Shown here in pieces: positions 1 to 11,538 of a stretch of 64,000 nucleotides of DNA. The DNA is from Octopus sinensis (lineage: Eukaryota): the NCBI RefSeq assembly GCF_006345805.1, contig NC_043002.1, forward strand, positions 69,378,001 to 69,442,000, read 5' to 3'. Each line of letters begins with the position of its first letter. The stretch's first letter is position 1. The translations under genes were made by a program, and so were the position numbers. The notes beneath the pieces are model-generated. The model did not search any database. It was not told where the DNA came from and saw nothing but the letters and a program-made list of their open reading frames with translations.

Positions 1-300
1 TACACACACATTATACATACATCTGTGTATAGATGAATATATAAATACATTTAAATATCTATATACACTTTTGGGCGATCTTTCTGCTACTTGGATATAC
101 TTTAGATCTTATATTCGTCCTAAATAACTTTGTATGGAGTGAATGGTTACCTCTATGGAAATATATACACACACATTATACATACATCTGTGTATAGATG
201 AATATATAAATACATTTAAATATCTATATACACTTTTGGGCGATCTTTCTGCTACTTAGAGATAACTTTAGATCTTATATTCGTCCTAAAAACTTTGTAT
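1..300. repeat. Tandem duplication, 165-bp unit (about 1.8 copies)
   Basis: tacacacacattatacatacatctgtg... at 1 and at 166, nearly identical through aactttgtat (~300). Confidence 0.9.
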
Positions 301-739
301 AAATTGAAAAAGAAAAGGAATTGAAATTTTTAAGAAAGGAATTTGTTTACATACATGTGTGAAATGGCAAATGTTTGTGCAGTTGTCCGAAATGGAAGCA
401 GGGTAAATGTGTGGAACTGATGTATAATAATGAATAGTCCTTCTTGTTGTGAATATTAATTTGATGAATATGAACTGAAAACCAGTGGTGTAGCATAGGT
501 GATCTTCTTCTAGCAAAAAGGATGACCAGTCTGACTGGCTCATCCCTGTCACACACTCACACACACGCACACACACACACACACACGCACCCTCACACAC
601 ACACGCACACACACACACACACACACACTCACACATACGCGCGCACACACACACACACACGTTAGCTTACAATTTTATTTATATATTTGCGTGCCTATGT
701 GTGTAAAGAGGAAGTGGGAGTAAAGGCTTTGAAGGGAAA

Positions 740-1312
740 GAGTGAAATGGTAGTTTTCTCGAATTTTTTCTGAAATGGGGGTGAAATTGAAAGAAATTTT
801 GTATGCCATGACCGAATGGAGTACTTTGAAAAATCAGAGGTAAACTCTAATTGAAGAAATTGTGTGAGGAGTAAATCGTTATGTATTTATTTGTTTCTGT
901 TTGCTGTGTTTTTTTTTTGAGTAGTGGTTTAAGGTACACTTGCAAAGAGAAAGTATGAGTGAAGCAGTTCATCCGTTTTATATAAATACTTTCACTTTAA
1001 TCGTTGCACACTTGCAAAGAGAAAGGAGGAGAAATTAGGGTGATAGCATGAGTGAAGCATTTCGCTCCGTTTGTGTGTGTGTGTGTGTGTGCTGTAGCCC
1101 ACACTAAGAAAAGCACTTCACTTACACACCACAAAGTGAGTTTTCTCGAAATTTTGCTTAAATGGGGGTGAAATTTGAAAAACTGTACCTGGCATGACCC
1201 GATGCATTCTACTCTTAAAAATGCTAGGTAAATTGTAATTGAAGAAATCCTATATTGTAGATTTCTATAAGAGACAAAGGGAGGCAGATAAAATCTGCCT
1301 TTTATAATAAGA
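740..1312 (-). mobile_element. Non-autonomous Helitron, 5' portion (unit 1 of a head-to-tail array)
   Basis: Minus strand starts TCTTATTATAAAAGGCAGATTTTATCTGCC at 1312; homologous to ~2880-3457; joined directly to the CTAG end of the next unit. Confidence 0.65.
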
Positions 1313-1670
1313 CTAGCAGTATCGCCCGGCGTTGCTCGGGTTTGTTTCGACCCGCTGGAATTGTAATTTTGAAAAGTAAAAATTTTGTGAACATTTTTCT
1401 GGTCGAAATACACCGAAAAGTGGCGACACAGCAGTGAAAAAATCGTAAAAAATAGGGATTTTCATAGAAAAAAGCATCTTTTTGATGTAAATAATTTTTG
1501 GTGTTAACATGGTCCGATTTGAATTTTATATTCTACGGAAGGAAGAGCAACCCTTCTTCTATCATACTCTCAATTTTGGTCAACTTGCGCCGCAGGGTCT
1601 CGGAGGAGATAGTGTTAGTTGAAGGTTACCAAACGTGGCGCACACAGACAACTTTAGCTTTATATAGAGA
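1313..1670 (-). mobile_element. Short non-autonomous Helitron (358 bp, unit 2)
   Basis: Minus strand begins TC(TC)TATATAAAGC and ends with a GC-rich hairpin cccgagcaacgccggg followed by gatactgCTAG, the canonical Helitron 5'-TC / hairpin-CTAG-3' termini. Confidence 0.75.
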
Positions 1671-2774
1671 CTAGCAGTATCGCCCGGCGTTGCTCGGGTT
1701 TGTTTCGACCCGCTGGAATTGTAATTTTGAAAAGTAAAAATTTTGTGAACATTTTTCTGGTCGAAATACACCGAAAAGTGGCGACACAGCAGTGAAAAAA
1801 TCGTAAAAAATAGGGATTTTCATAGAAAAAAGCATCTTTTTGATGTAAATAATTTTTGGTGTTAACATGGTCCGATTTGAATTTTATGTTCTACGGAAGG
1901 AAGAGCAACCCTTCTTCTACCATACTCTCAATTTTGGTCAACTTGCGCCGCAGGGTCTCGGAGGAGATAGTGTTAGTTGAAGGTTACCATTCTAGGTGCC
2001 TGAGTAACAACCTCGCGGATTTACAGATAAATGAATTAATTACTATTTTACAGAATAAAATTAAATAATTCTTGAAAATTAATTAATATTAATATTTTTT
2101 GAACAAAGTAAATAATTTTTAAAACTTAAATAATAATTTTTTTTACACAAACGCGAACGGGGAAAAGGGGGTGGCGAATTCGATGTTGTACATACCTAAA
2201 TTTTTTCTTTTTCATGACATTATAGCAAAATAGTAGTGAATTATATAAATACCAGCAGTACATTTTTTTTCTGGGGTATTTTTTTTCAACCTCGTCACAT
2301 ATTTGCCCCTTTCAATTTAAACAAAGTCTTAATTAAGCAATTACGGCAGCTTAGCAATGGTTTCAATACAGGCGTGACATCTGTATCTCAATTGTTCAAA
2401 ACCCTTCGAATTTTTTCGCACGTGATGATATCATAGTGAAAACTTTCAATTACGCGCGCTTAGAAGTACGCTCGCAAATTAATACTACCAAAATTTTGAA
2501 GTTCGCGCTCCGCTTGTGTGTGTGTGTGTGTGCGTGCTTTAGGTGTACGTAGGAAATGTGTTTTGTTGTGTGTGTGTCACTGAAGCCATACATACATATA
2601 TACATACATAACCTCTCTCTCTCTCTCTTTTCTCTCTCAGTCACTCACTACAAAAAGTGAATAAAAAAAGTTCAGTTATTTCTGTCTTTCACTCTGTCTC
2701 TTTACACACACTAACAAAAGCACTTCACTTACACACCACACTTTCTGTGTCGCACAACCCATCAAACACACACA

Positions 2775-2846
<72 letters not shown>

Positions 2847-3480
2847 GCACACATGTACATCAATGCTTTCGGAGTGAAATGTTAAAATATTGAGTTGTCT
2901 CGAGTTTTGTCTTAATTGGGGGTGAAATTGAAAGAATTTTGTTATGGCATGACCGAATGGAGTACTTTGAAAAATCTTAGGTAAACTCTAATTGAAGAAA
3001 TTGTGTGAGGAGTAAATCGTTATGTATTTATTTGTTTCTGTTTGCTGTGTTTTTTATTTTTTGAGTAGTGGTTTAAGGTACACTTGCAAAGAGAAAGTGG
3101 GAGAAATTATGTTGATACCATGTGCGATCCGTTTTATAGAAATACTTTCAGTTTAGTCTTCCTCAAATCACTCTGTCGCTATTTACTCTCTTCCAAGAAC
3201 ATTTTCACTCACTCTTGTGTGTGCGTGTGCGTGTGGTGTAAACCACATTAAGAAAAGCATTTGACATACACACCAGAATGTGAGTTTTCTGTAAATTTTG
3301 CTTAATTGGAGTTTAAATTTTAAAAACTGGACCTGGCATGACCCGATGCATTCTACTCTTAAAAATGCTAGGTAAATTGTAATTGAAGAAATCCTATATT
3401 GTAGATTTCTATAACTGACAAAAGGGAGGCAGATAAAATCTGCCTTTTATAATAAGAGATTATAATAAGAGATTATAATA

Positions 3481-3483
<3 letters not shown>
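1671..3483 (-). mobile_element. Long non-autonomous Helitron (~1.8 kb, unit 3)
   Basis: Shares its 3' 319 bp (1671-1989) with unit 2 (1313-1631) and its 5' end with unit 1. The 5' terminal 13-mer is triplicated (3445-3483). No Rep/helicase coding seen. Confidence 0.7.
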
Positions 3484-3515
<32 letters not shown>

Positions 3516-3770
3516 CGCACCAGTATATGTATCGCAGTATAGTTTTGAAAACTTGGAGTCTCAACCGTAAACTGGCTATTGATTTTGTGAGGCATTTTCC
3601 AATATCGATTAGAAATCGTTTGGATATATTCCTGCAGTAATTAAATGTCGTATTAATCAGCAATATATCAGACAGAGCACCAGCATGGCCATATCTCACT
3701 GGATGGAGCCAAAAAAAGATTCGAAATGTATCATTCGTCACAATTTTCTTACTCAATTAGCATTTCAACA

Positions 3771-4208
3771 AGGCGGCGAGCTGGCAGAAACGTTAGCACG
3801 ACGAGTGAAATGCTTAGCTGTATTTCGTCTGTCTTTACGTTCTGAGTTCAAATTCTGCCGAGGTCAACTTTGTCTTTCTTCCTTTCGGAGTCGATAAATT
3901 AATTACCAGTTGTGTACTGGGATCAATCTAATCAACTGGCCTCGTCCCTCAAAATTTCGGGCTTTGTGCTTAGAGTAGAAAAGAATATTTTTTACCAAAG
4001 TAAAGCAGTGAGCTGGCAGGAATGTTAGCACACCGGGCGAAATGCTTAGCAGTATTTTGTCTGTCTTAACGTTCTGAGTTCAAATTCTGCCGAGGTCGAC
4101 TTTGCCTTTCATTCTTTCGGGGTCGATAAATTAAATACCAGCTGCATACTGTCGTCGATCTAATCGACTGGCCCCCTCCTCAAAATTGTGCCTAGAGTAG
4201 AAAAAGAA
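3771..4208 (+). mobile_element. Two adjacent tRNA-derived SINEs (family A, ggcgagctggcagaa... head)
   Basis: A-box-like TGGCAGAAACGTTAG and B-box GAGTTCAAATTC; body gaggtcgactttgcctttcatcctttcggggtcgat; copies at ~3771-3992 and ~4005-4208. Confidence 0.8.
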
Positions 4209-4449
4209 TTAACATTTCAACGAATAAGAAACTGATTTCAGGAAGCGCGCGTTAAAGAGCTGTGATGATTTGGTAACATTCTTATGTGAGTTCTGTCCCC
4301 TTGTTTGGTATTATGGATAAGTGCATTTTATTATAGCTGTGGGATAACATTTGAAATTGTTGCCATGGTAATGGAATTTATGTGTTGATGGACTCGGTAG
4401 ACAATTAGTCTGTGTTACTGTGTTCAGTTTAAAAACATACTGAAGTTGT

Positions 4450-4960
<511 letters not shown>

Positions 4961-5383
4961 GTGTATATTTCCTTTTGTTTAACACAATGTCCTTTTTAAA
5001 TTGGCATTATGCATTATAATTAAACGCACTCTAAACTAAGAGAAAATCCCAAGATGCAGTTCTCCTTATGTTATGCTGACTTGATATTATTTTATTTGTT
5101 TAAAAATCTGCTAAATATATTTTCTTATATTCTTATATACTTGTTTAATAAGATTTATTTCTGTTTATCTTTGCTCATAGTATGACTCTTGAAACCACTG
5201 GAAGCAAAATGAAAACTAATTTTATTTCCATCCGGTTTTTATATCTTCAGCCAGAATGAGTGAATATTAGATTTACTGAGTTTGATTCTGTCTGGTTTGT
5301 ATATGTTCGATACCGAACGGAAGCTTTTGGGAAACGATCGTATCGCTGCATTAAATAATAATAATGATGGTTTAAATTTTTTG

Positions 5384-6202
5384 GATCAAGGCCAGTAATT
5401 GGGGGAGAGTGGGTAAGTCGCCTACATCGATCTCACTTCTCAACCAGTATTTATTTTATTGACCCTGAAAGGATAAAAGGAAAAGTCGACCTCGATGGCG
5501 TTTGAACTCGAAAGGTAGAGTCAGATGAAACGTCGCTAAGCATTTTACCCGGCATGGTAACGATTCTGCCAGCCTACTGCCTTAACTATTACAACAACAA
5601 CAACAACAACAACAACAATCCTTTCTACTGAAAGTACAAGGCCTGAAGTTTTGGGGGCAAGGACTAGTCAATTACATCAACCTCAGTGTTTCACTGGTAC
5701 TTAATTTATCAACCTCGAAAGAATGAAAGGTAAAGTCGACCACGGCGGAATTTGAACTCAGAACGTAAAGATGGACGAAATACCTATTTCTTTACGACCC
5801 ACAAGGGGCTAAACACAGAGAGGAGAGACAAGGACAGGCAAACTTATTAAGCCGATTATATCGACCCCAGTGCGTAACTGGTACTTATTTAATCGACCCC
5901 GAAAGGATGAAAGGCAAAGTCGACCTCGGCGGAATTTGAACTCAGAACGTAACGGCAGACGAAATACCTATTTCTTTACTACCCACAAGGGGCTAAACAC
6001 AGAGGGAACGAACAAGGACAGACAGATGGATTAAGTCGATTACATCGACCCCAGTGCCCTAACTGGTACTTATTTAATCGACCCCGAAAGAATAAAAGGC
6101 AAAGTCGACCTCGGTGGAATTTGAACTCAGAACGTAACGGCAGACGAAATACCGCTAAGCATTTTCCCCGGCGTGCTAACCATTCTGCCAGTTCACTGCC
6201 TT
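5384..6202 (-). mobile_element. SINE family A cluster with internal ~184-bp tandem units
   Basis: gacgaaatac motif at 5774, 5958 and 6143; head (ctgccag...gcc) at ~6190 and ~5570. Confidence 0.8.
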
Positions 6203-6259
6203 CATAATAATGATAATAATTCATTCATATTAGCAACAAGGGCTCACCTATAATAACAT

Positions 6260-7787
6260 TAAATGACATGCAACAACATAAGAAACAAAAACAAGACGAT
6301 ACAATAGGTTTTACAGTGTGTAAGGAATATAAATAACAATTAAAATTAAAAATTCGCAATAGGTGAGGCATTTTAAGGTCCTCGTGGAAAAACCCAGAAA
6401 AGTTACGGGTGCCTGATCAATAAGGCAATAGCTCTTCTCCTTTAATTCCTTTTTTTTACAGGTGCACGCTTAGAATTGGTCTTTTTCCACTGGCTATTCT
6501 TCCAAAATCCACCCACCTTTCAACAAACTTGCTTGAAGGCAACACTCTCCTCTCCCCCTTCAACTTCCTTTTCAAGGGAAACTTGAAAAAGTTGATGAGG
6601 ACTTGGACAAAGAGGAAAGTGTCTGTCTTTAGCCCTTTGAAACGGGTCCACAATACTACTCCTTTCACTACAACCATTAGACAAATAAAAATTGCCTGGC
6701 CAAAAGAGAGCGGCGGGGCAATCCTCACAATCAATCCAGACGATAGCCGGATCCGTCCTGCACGCGACAGCAGGTGTTCGACATAAACTCACAGATCAGC
6801 AATACTCGGCCACTGGACTAGACCGTGCTGAACGGCTTCATCGTTCTGGGCGCACCTCGGGCAGGCCCGGCTGACGTTACTTCCGTGCCTGTAAAGTTTA
6901 TCTCGAACAGGTAAAGCCCCTCGGTAGCACTGCCAGGCAAGGGATTTCTGGAAGTTATCCATAGGCCCAGGCCCAAAAGTTCTCCGAAACAGACCGGTTA
7001 GTTGATCATCATCGACGCCCAGAATTTCCCCAAGAACGTCGTTGCACTTTCCCTCCACTAGCCATCTATAGAATGCTAGAATGGAACAACCATCGACCAC
7101 ATTGCCCGCCTGGCGGAGGGCTGTGAGCACTTGGCGGCACTCGAGGTGCCAAGCGCCCCTCCTCGGTCTATACCTAATCCAGGTTTGCAGCTCAGTCAAA
7201 GAGACGAGCTGTGGGAAAGTGTGTCTGACAAACAGTGATCACATCAAGGAAACGCTGGAGATGCCGCAACCTCAGCGCATGTTTGCGCATCAGTAACCAC
7301 GTCATGCCCAGCCCGCCATTCAGTGGTTGTTGACAGCAGATAGAGCGCCTGACCAATGAAACGCGCTCCTTCCACAGAAAGCGGAAGAGTAAACGCACCA
7401 GTTTGGGAGCCAGCAATTGGGGCAAGGAACGACGGTCAAGCAGTAATAGATGACGAATGCGATGTACGCATTCGCCACCTCCGCTCTACCTTTCAGAGAC
7501 CACTTCCTTTCGGCCCATTTCTGGGTGAGATTCGTTACCCTACCCTTCACCTCGTCCCAGTTTTTCTCCACCTGGAGGTCTGGACCAAACAAGACTCCGA
7601 GCAACTTAACCGGACCGTCTGTCCAGCACCCCACGACACTGTTGGACGGCATGGACTTGCCTCTCCAGGTGCCGAGTTTGCAAGCCCACTGATTTTTCCG
7701 CGTTAAATTTTGCTCCTGTCACCGCTTCATTTTCTTGTAGTGTGTCGCCAATCAGGTTTAGATGCCTGTGGCTCGACACTATGACGG

Positions 7788-7789
<2 letters not shown>
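6260..7789 (-). mobile_element. 5'-truncated, frameshifted Tx1/L1-clade LINE ORF2 (end of RT to C-terminal CCHC/zf-RVT region and 3' UTR)
   Basis: Minus-strand peptides TVIVSSHRHLNLIGDTLQENEAVTGAK, LLGVLFGPDLQVEKNW..W..RKWSLKGRAEV, FRFLW...CCQQPLNGGLGM and FQKSLAWQCYRGALPVRDKL...CPRC match the L1/Tx1 RT thumb and zinc-knuckle pattern. Truncated just after the YADD position. Confidence 0.85.
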
Positions 7790-7838
<49 letters not shown>

Positions 7839-7849
7839 TAATAATAATA

Positions 7850-7980
7850 ATCCTTTCTCCTAAAGGCACAAGGCCTGAAATTTTTAGGGAGTGAACTAGT
7901 AGGCGTTTCACTGGTACTTGATTTATCGACCCCGAAAAGATGAAAATCAAAGTCGACCTCAGCGGAATTTGTACTCGGAG
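7850..7980 (-). mobile_element. SINE family A fragment
   Basis: ctggtacttgatttatcgaccccgaaaagatgaaaatcaaagtcgacctc, the reverse complement of the family A body. Confidence 0.7.
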
Positions 7981-8574
7981 TCAATGAAAAAGTGGAGGAG
8001 ATATATAATACTCAAATAATAATGGGAGAGCGTGGTATAATATATGAACAAAACCCTAAAAATCAAACTTGCTAGGAACAGCTCACGTTCTCGTCAAGAA
8101 ACTTTCAGTTATAAAGCCTAACTCAGGTAGAACATTGCATGTTATAATACATACAGTAAAGGTCCCATTCAGTCATAACAGTAAGCAAAATCGTAACATT
8201 TCCCTTAAACGGGACTCCTTGTGTTCAGTTCGGTAAAACTTAAGGCACAATTTTAAATCAGAGATTTTGGGAATCATGTATGTAGGTTCTCTGAATCTGT
8301 TATGGATATCTGTAGATTTATGAATTTTTGGTAGTTCATAAAATTAAATAACTCCTTTTCTGCTAAATTCATTTCGAATTTGTCCGTTAATTTTTCAATT
8401 TTGTTCATTATTTGCTTACCTCAGTTGGTTTTGACAAGCAATATGAGCTCATATATGTTCCATCATCATGATTATGATCATGATGATCATCAACCCCAGG
8501 ATTTTATTGTCCGGAATCTTAAGACACATAAGCTTGGTTACCAGAGTCGCATAATGTATGAGTGGCCGAGATCA

Positions 8575-8770
8575 TAACATTCCCTGTGCACGGGACGCCG
8601 GTCCGTTGCAGAATTGCGCATTTACAACTGAGTGAACTGGAGCAACGTGAAGTAATGTATTTTGCTTATAAACACAGCTTCGTTTCAGGAATCGAAACTA
8701 CAATCTTGCGATCGTGGGTTCGATTCCTGGACCGAGGGAATTGCCCCGTCATTAGGTCACGTGCTTCACA
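8575..8770 (-). mobile_element. tRNA-derived SINE (family C-like), degraded
   Basis: Reverse complement contains gtttcgattcctg and ...acttcacgttgctccagttcactcagttg, shared with the copies at 21528 and 25383. Confidence 0.55.
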
Positions 8771-8821
8771 ACTAGTATTTTACGCCGTGATAACCCGTTA
8801 ACATAACACAATCCACAAGCG

Positions 8822-9216
8822 CATACTTATTTCTTTACTGCCCACAAGGGGCTACACACAGAGGGGACAAACAAGGACAAACAAAGAAATTAAGTCGATT
8901 ACATCGACCCCAGTGCGTAACTGGTACTTAATTTATCGACACCGAAAGGATAAAAGGAGAAGTCGACCTCGGCAGACGAAATACCTATTTCTAGTTCTTT
9001 ACTACCTACAAGGGGCTAAACACAGAGTGGACAAACAAGGACAGACAAAGGGATTAAGTCGATTACATCGACCCCAGTGCATAACTGGTACTTAGTTTAT
9101 CGACCGCGAAAGGATGAAAGGCAAAGTCGACCTCGACGGAACTCAGAACGTAGCGGCAGATGAAATACTGCTAAGCATTTCGTCCGGCGTGCTAACGTTT
9201 CTGCAAGCTCGCCTCC
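8822..9216 (-). mobile_element. SINE family A with tandem internal units
   Basis: Repeated ccacaaggggcta(a)acacaga...gtcgattacatcgaccccagtgc units ending in head gctaacgtttctgcaagctcgcc. Confidence 0.8.
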
Positions 9217-9590
9217 TTACCAGCGCATACTCTACACGATTACTCCCTGACACTAAAACATAGCACCAATCACACACTGTACATATGAAACACAAACATC
9301 ACCTGACAAAATACTACAACTCACGTGACATATTTTCTACACTAACAAAAACACTAAAACAACACCAAAAAATAACAAAGTCAAACTGAAAAACTGAGGT
9401 AGAATTTTGAACATCTAAATCGACCGCCATCAAATCCTTATCTTCATAAGGAGTGGCGCTACTGTGAGGGGGTACTTTTTGGTTGTTTAATGCTTGCTGT
9501 TGTTACTGTGAATAAATCCTTGCTTTCGTCTGATATGGCTGGGAGAGCAGGCTTTTAGGTTCCTTCGCTAGCACCTGGTAATGAGGACAG

Positions 9591-10026
9591 CGGGATCTTT
9601 TCGGTTTGAACGGCAGTTTTTTAAAATAATTTCCACGTAACTAAACACTTTTAAACTTCGTATATTGGTAGAATGTGTTTATAAAACATCTTTTTCTCTT
9701 GGCTTTATTGAGAAAATTCTATAGTTTGTAAGATATTTGTTGTTTTTTTTTCTTCAATTTCTGCAATTTCAACCAATCAATGACGTCTATTGAAGTGAAA
9801 ACATTCTGTGCCGTATGAATATGTCCCTCGTTTAAGAAACAGATTGGGTTTATTTACATTTCTGAAGAAAAAAAGATACCCCACCCCTAACCCTCACCCT
9901 AACCCTAACTAACCCTAACCCTAAAACAGATTGAAATGCAATAGATCGATACTAGGTTCATAATTATGGGTGACAATTTCATATGACACCGCTAGAAAAA
10001 ACTGCCGTTCAAACCGAAAAGATCCG
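9591..10026. mobile_element. MITE / non-autonomous DNA transposon with ~30-bp TIRs and internal (CCCTAA)n-like tract
   Basis: ggatcttttcggtttgaacggcagtttttt at 9593 and its reverse complement ending at 10025; flanked by gacag on both sides (5-6-bp TSD); ccctaa-like repeats at 9885-9924. Confidence 0.85.
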
Positions 10027-10079
10027 GACAGTGCGATTCCATTTGTCGACTTATGAGCTGGATCTGCTGTCACTTAAGG

Positions 10080-10285
10080 TCCGACAACTATGTATAACTA
10101 ATTTAGTATATAAACAAAGTTCTGCATTTTCAAATGACAATGCAGTCCTCAATTTAAAATAGCATAACAAAAAAAATATAGCCAAACAAACCACTGTATG
10201 ATAAATACCCGATTAGAGCCAGGGACCCTGATGTAGAGCAAACCTTGACCCATCAATGGCTGGCATGCTCTGGTCTCAAGCCGCC
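10080..10285 (+). mobile_element. R4/Dong-like LINE fragment
   Basis: Translates KPLYDKYPIRARDPDVEQTLTHQWLACSGLK, resembling the KPLHGKY...WL..SGLK motif C-terminal to RT in restriction-like-endonuclease LINEs (recognised from memory). Confidence 0.55.
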
Positions 10286-11088
10286 TCACATTTCAGGAAT
10301 ACGGACATACACATGGTAGTGCAATTTTTACTGCATCATCAGATGTATCCCCCGTGTTCTCTTCGTTCGGTCGGCTCGAATCAATCATGAGCTAACAGAG
10401 ATTTTTGAACACGGACAGTGCATCATGATATAAGCGGCTGATGGTCGCTTAATATCATGATGCAAGCCAGACGATCAGATTTCTTAAGACTGTATTGAAT
10501 AGCTTTTAAATTGCCTAATATCCACAATTCACGACGGGTCATTAGGTTGGTGGACTACGAAAGCAGTAGTTGTCCACATTTTTGGTAAGTTGGTTATACA
10601 GACAGTTAATTTATTGTATTTTAAAAATACTTTCTATAATTGTTTCTCCATTCATCCTCCTTACATCTGTATGTTAGTTTAGCTTCTGTTTTATACATGT
10701 TTGCTTTCCTGAAAACTAAAAACAGCTTTTGTTTTCTCATCTTTTGCAGCTATTTGTATTAGTTTCCCTTTATCATTTAGTAGATATTTTTGTAGTCCTA
10801 CATAAAATATTTTGTATTAGTTTTCTATTTGAAGAAGATTCCCATACCTCCCTGTTTGTCTGTGTGTGAGAGTTTTTCAGGATTGGATTCTAAATGCAGT
10901 TATTGTTTTCATTATTTTCATATCCAGTTTTGCTAATTCACTTAAGTTTCACTTGAGAATTATAACTGTAAATTATTACTGGGACAACTAGACACCTATT
11001 GCAGTTCTCTGTCTAAGAGATGAGGAATTTGTACATTATTTACATTATTTACATTTGACAGATATTTGTCCTCATCTTGTTTGTTGTT

Positions 11089-11134
11089 AACACAACATTT
11101 CGGCTGATATACCCTCCAGCCTTCATCAGGTGTT
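11089..11134 (-). ncRNA. Minimal type I hammerhead ribozyme motif (Penelope-like), left arm
   Basis: Minus strand reads AACAC-CUGAUGA-A-GGCUG-GAGGGUAUAU-CAGCC-GAAA-UG-UU-GUGUU. Stem I and the 5-bp stem II are perfect; the stem III palindrome has a C-to-U change. Confidence 0.6.
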
Positions 11135-11219
11135 TTGGGGAAATTTCGAACCTGGGTTCTAATTCACAAGGTATTTTTCGATGTTGTTGTTGTTATCATC
11201 ATCATCATCATCATCATCA

Positions 11220-11279
<60 letters not shown>

Positions 11280-11381
11280 TCACTACCCACGGGCATATGG
11301 CGTAGTGGTTAAGAACGAAGGCTACTAACCCCAAGATTCCGTCTTCGATTCCAGGCAGTGACCTGAATAATAATAATAATA

Positions 11382-11437
<56 letters not shown>

Positions 11438-11492
11438 CAACGACCTCGAAAAATACCTTAGGAATGAGAACCCAGGTTCGAAATTTCCCCAA

Positions 11493-11538
11493 GACGCCTG
11501 ATGAAAGCTGGAGGGTATATCAGCCGAAACGTTGTGTT
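11493..11538 (+). ncRNA. Minimal type I hammerhead ribozyme motif (Penelope-like), right arm
   Basis: GACGC-CUGAUGA-AA-GCUG-GAGGGUAUAU-CAGC-C-GAAA-CG-UU-GUGUU. Stem I GACGC/GUGUU, stem II GCUG/CAGC, palindromic AACGUU in place of stem III, predicted cleavage after 11533. Confidence 0.65.

Noticed and set aside
9885-9924. Telomere repeats as a chromosome end or fusion site
   Set aside because: Only ~40 bp and enclosed by TIRs of a transposon.
11291-11356. tRNA-like cassettes here and at 21528, 23288 and 25383 as true tRNA genes
   Set aside because: Acceptor stems are not properly paired and each is fused to a repeat body; they are SINE heads.
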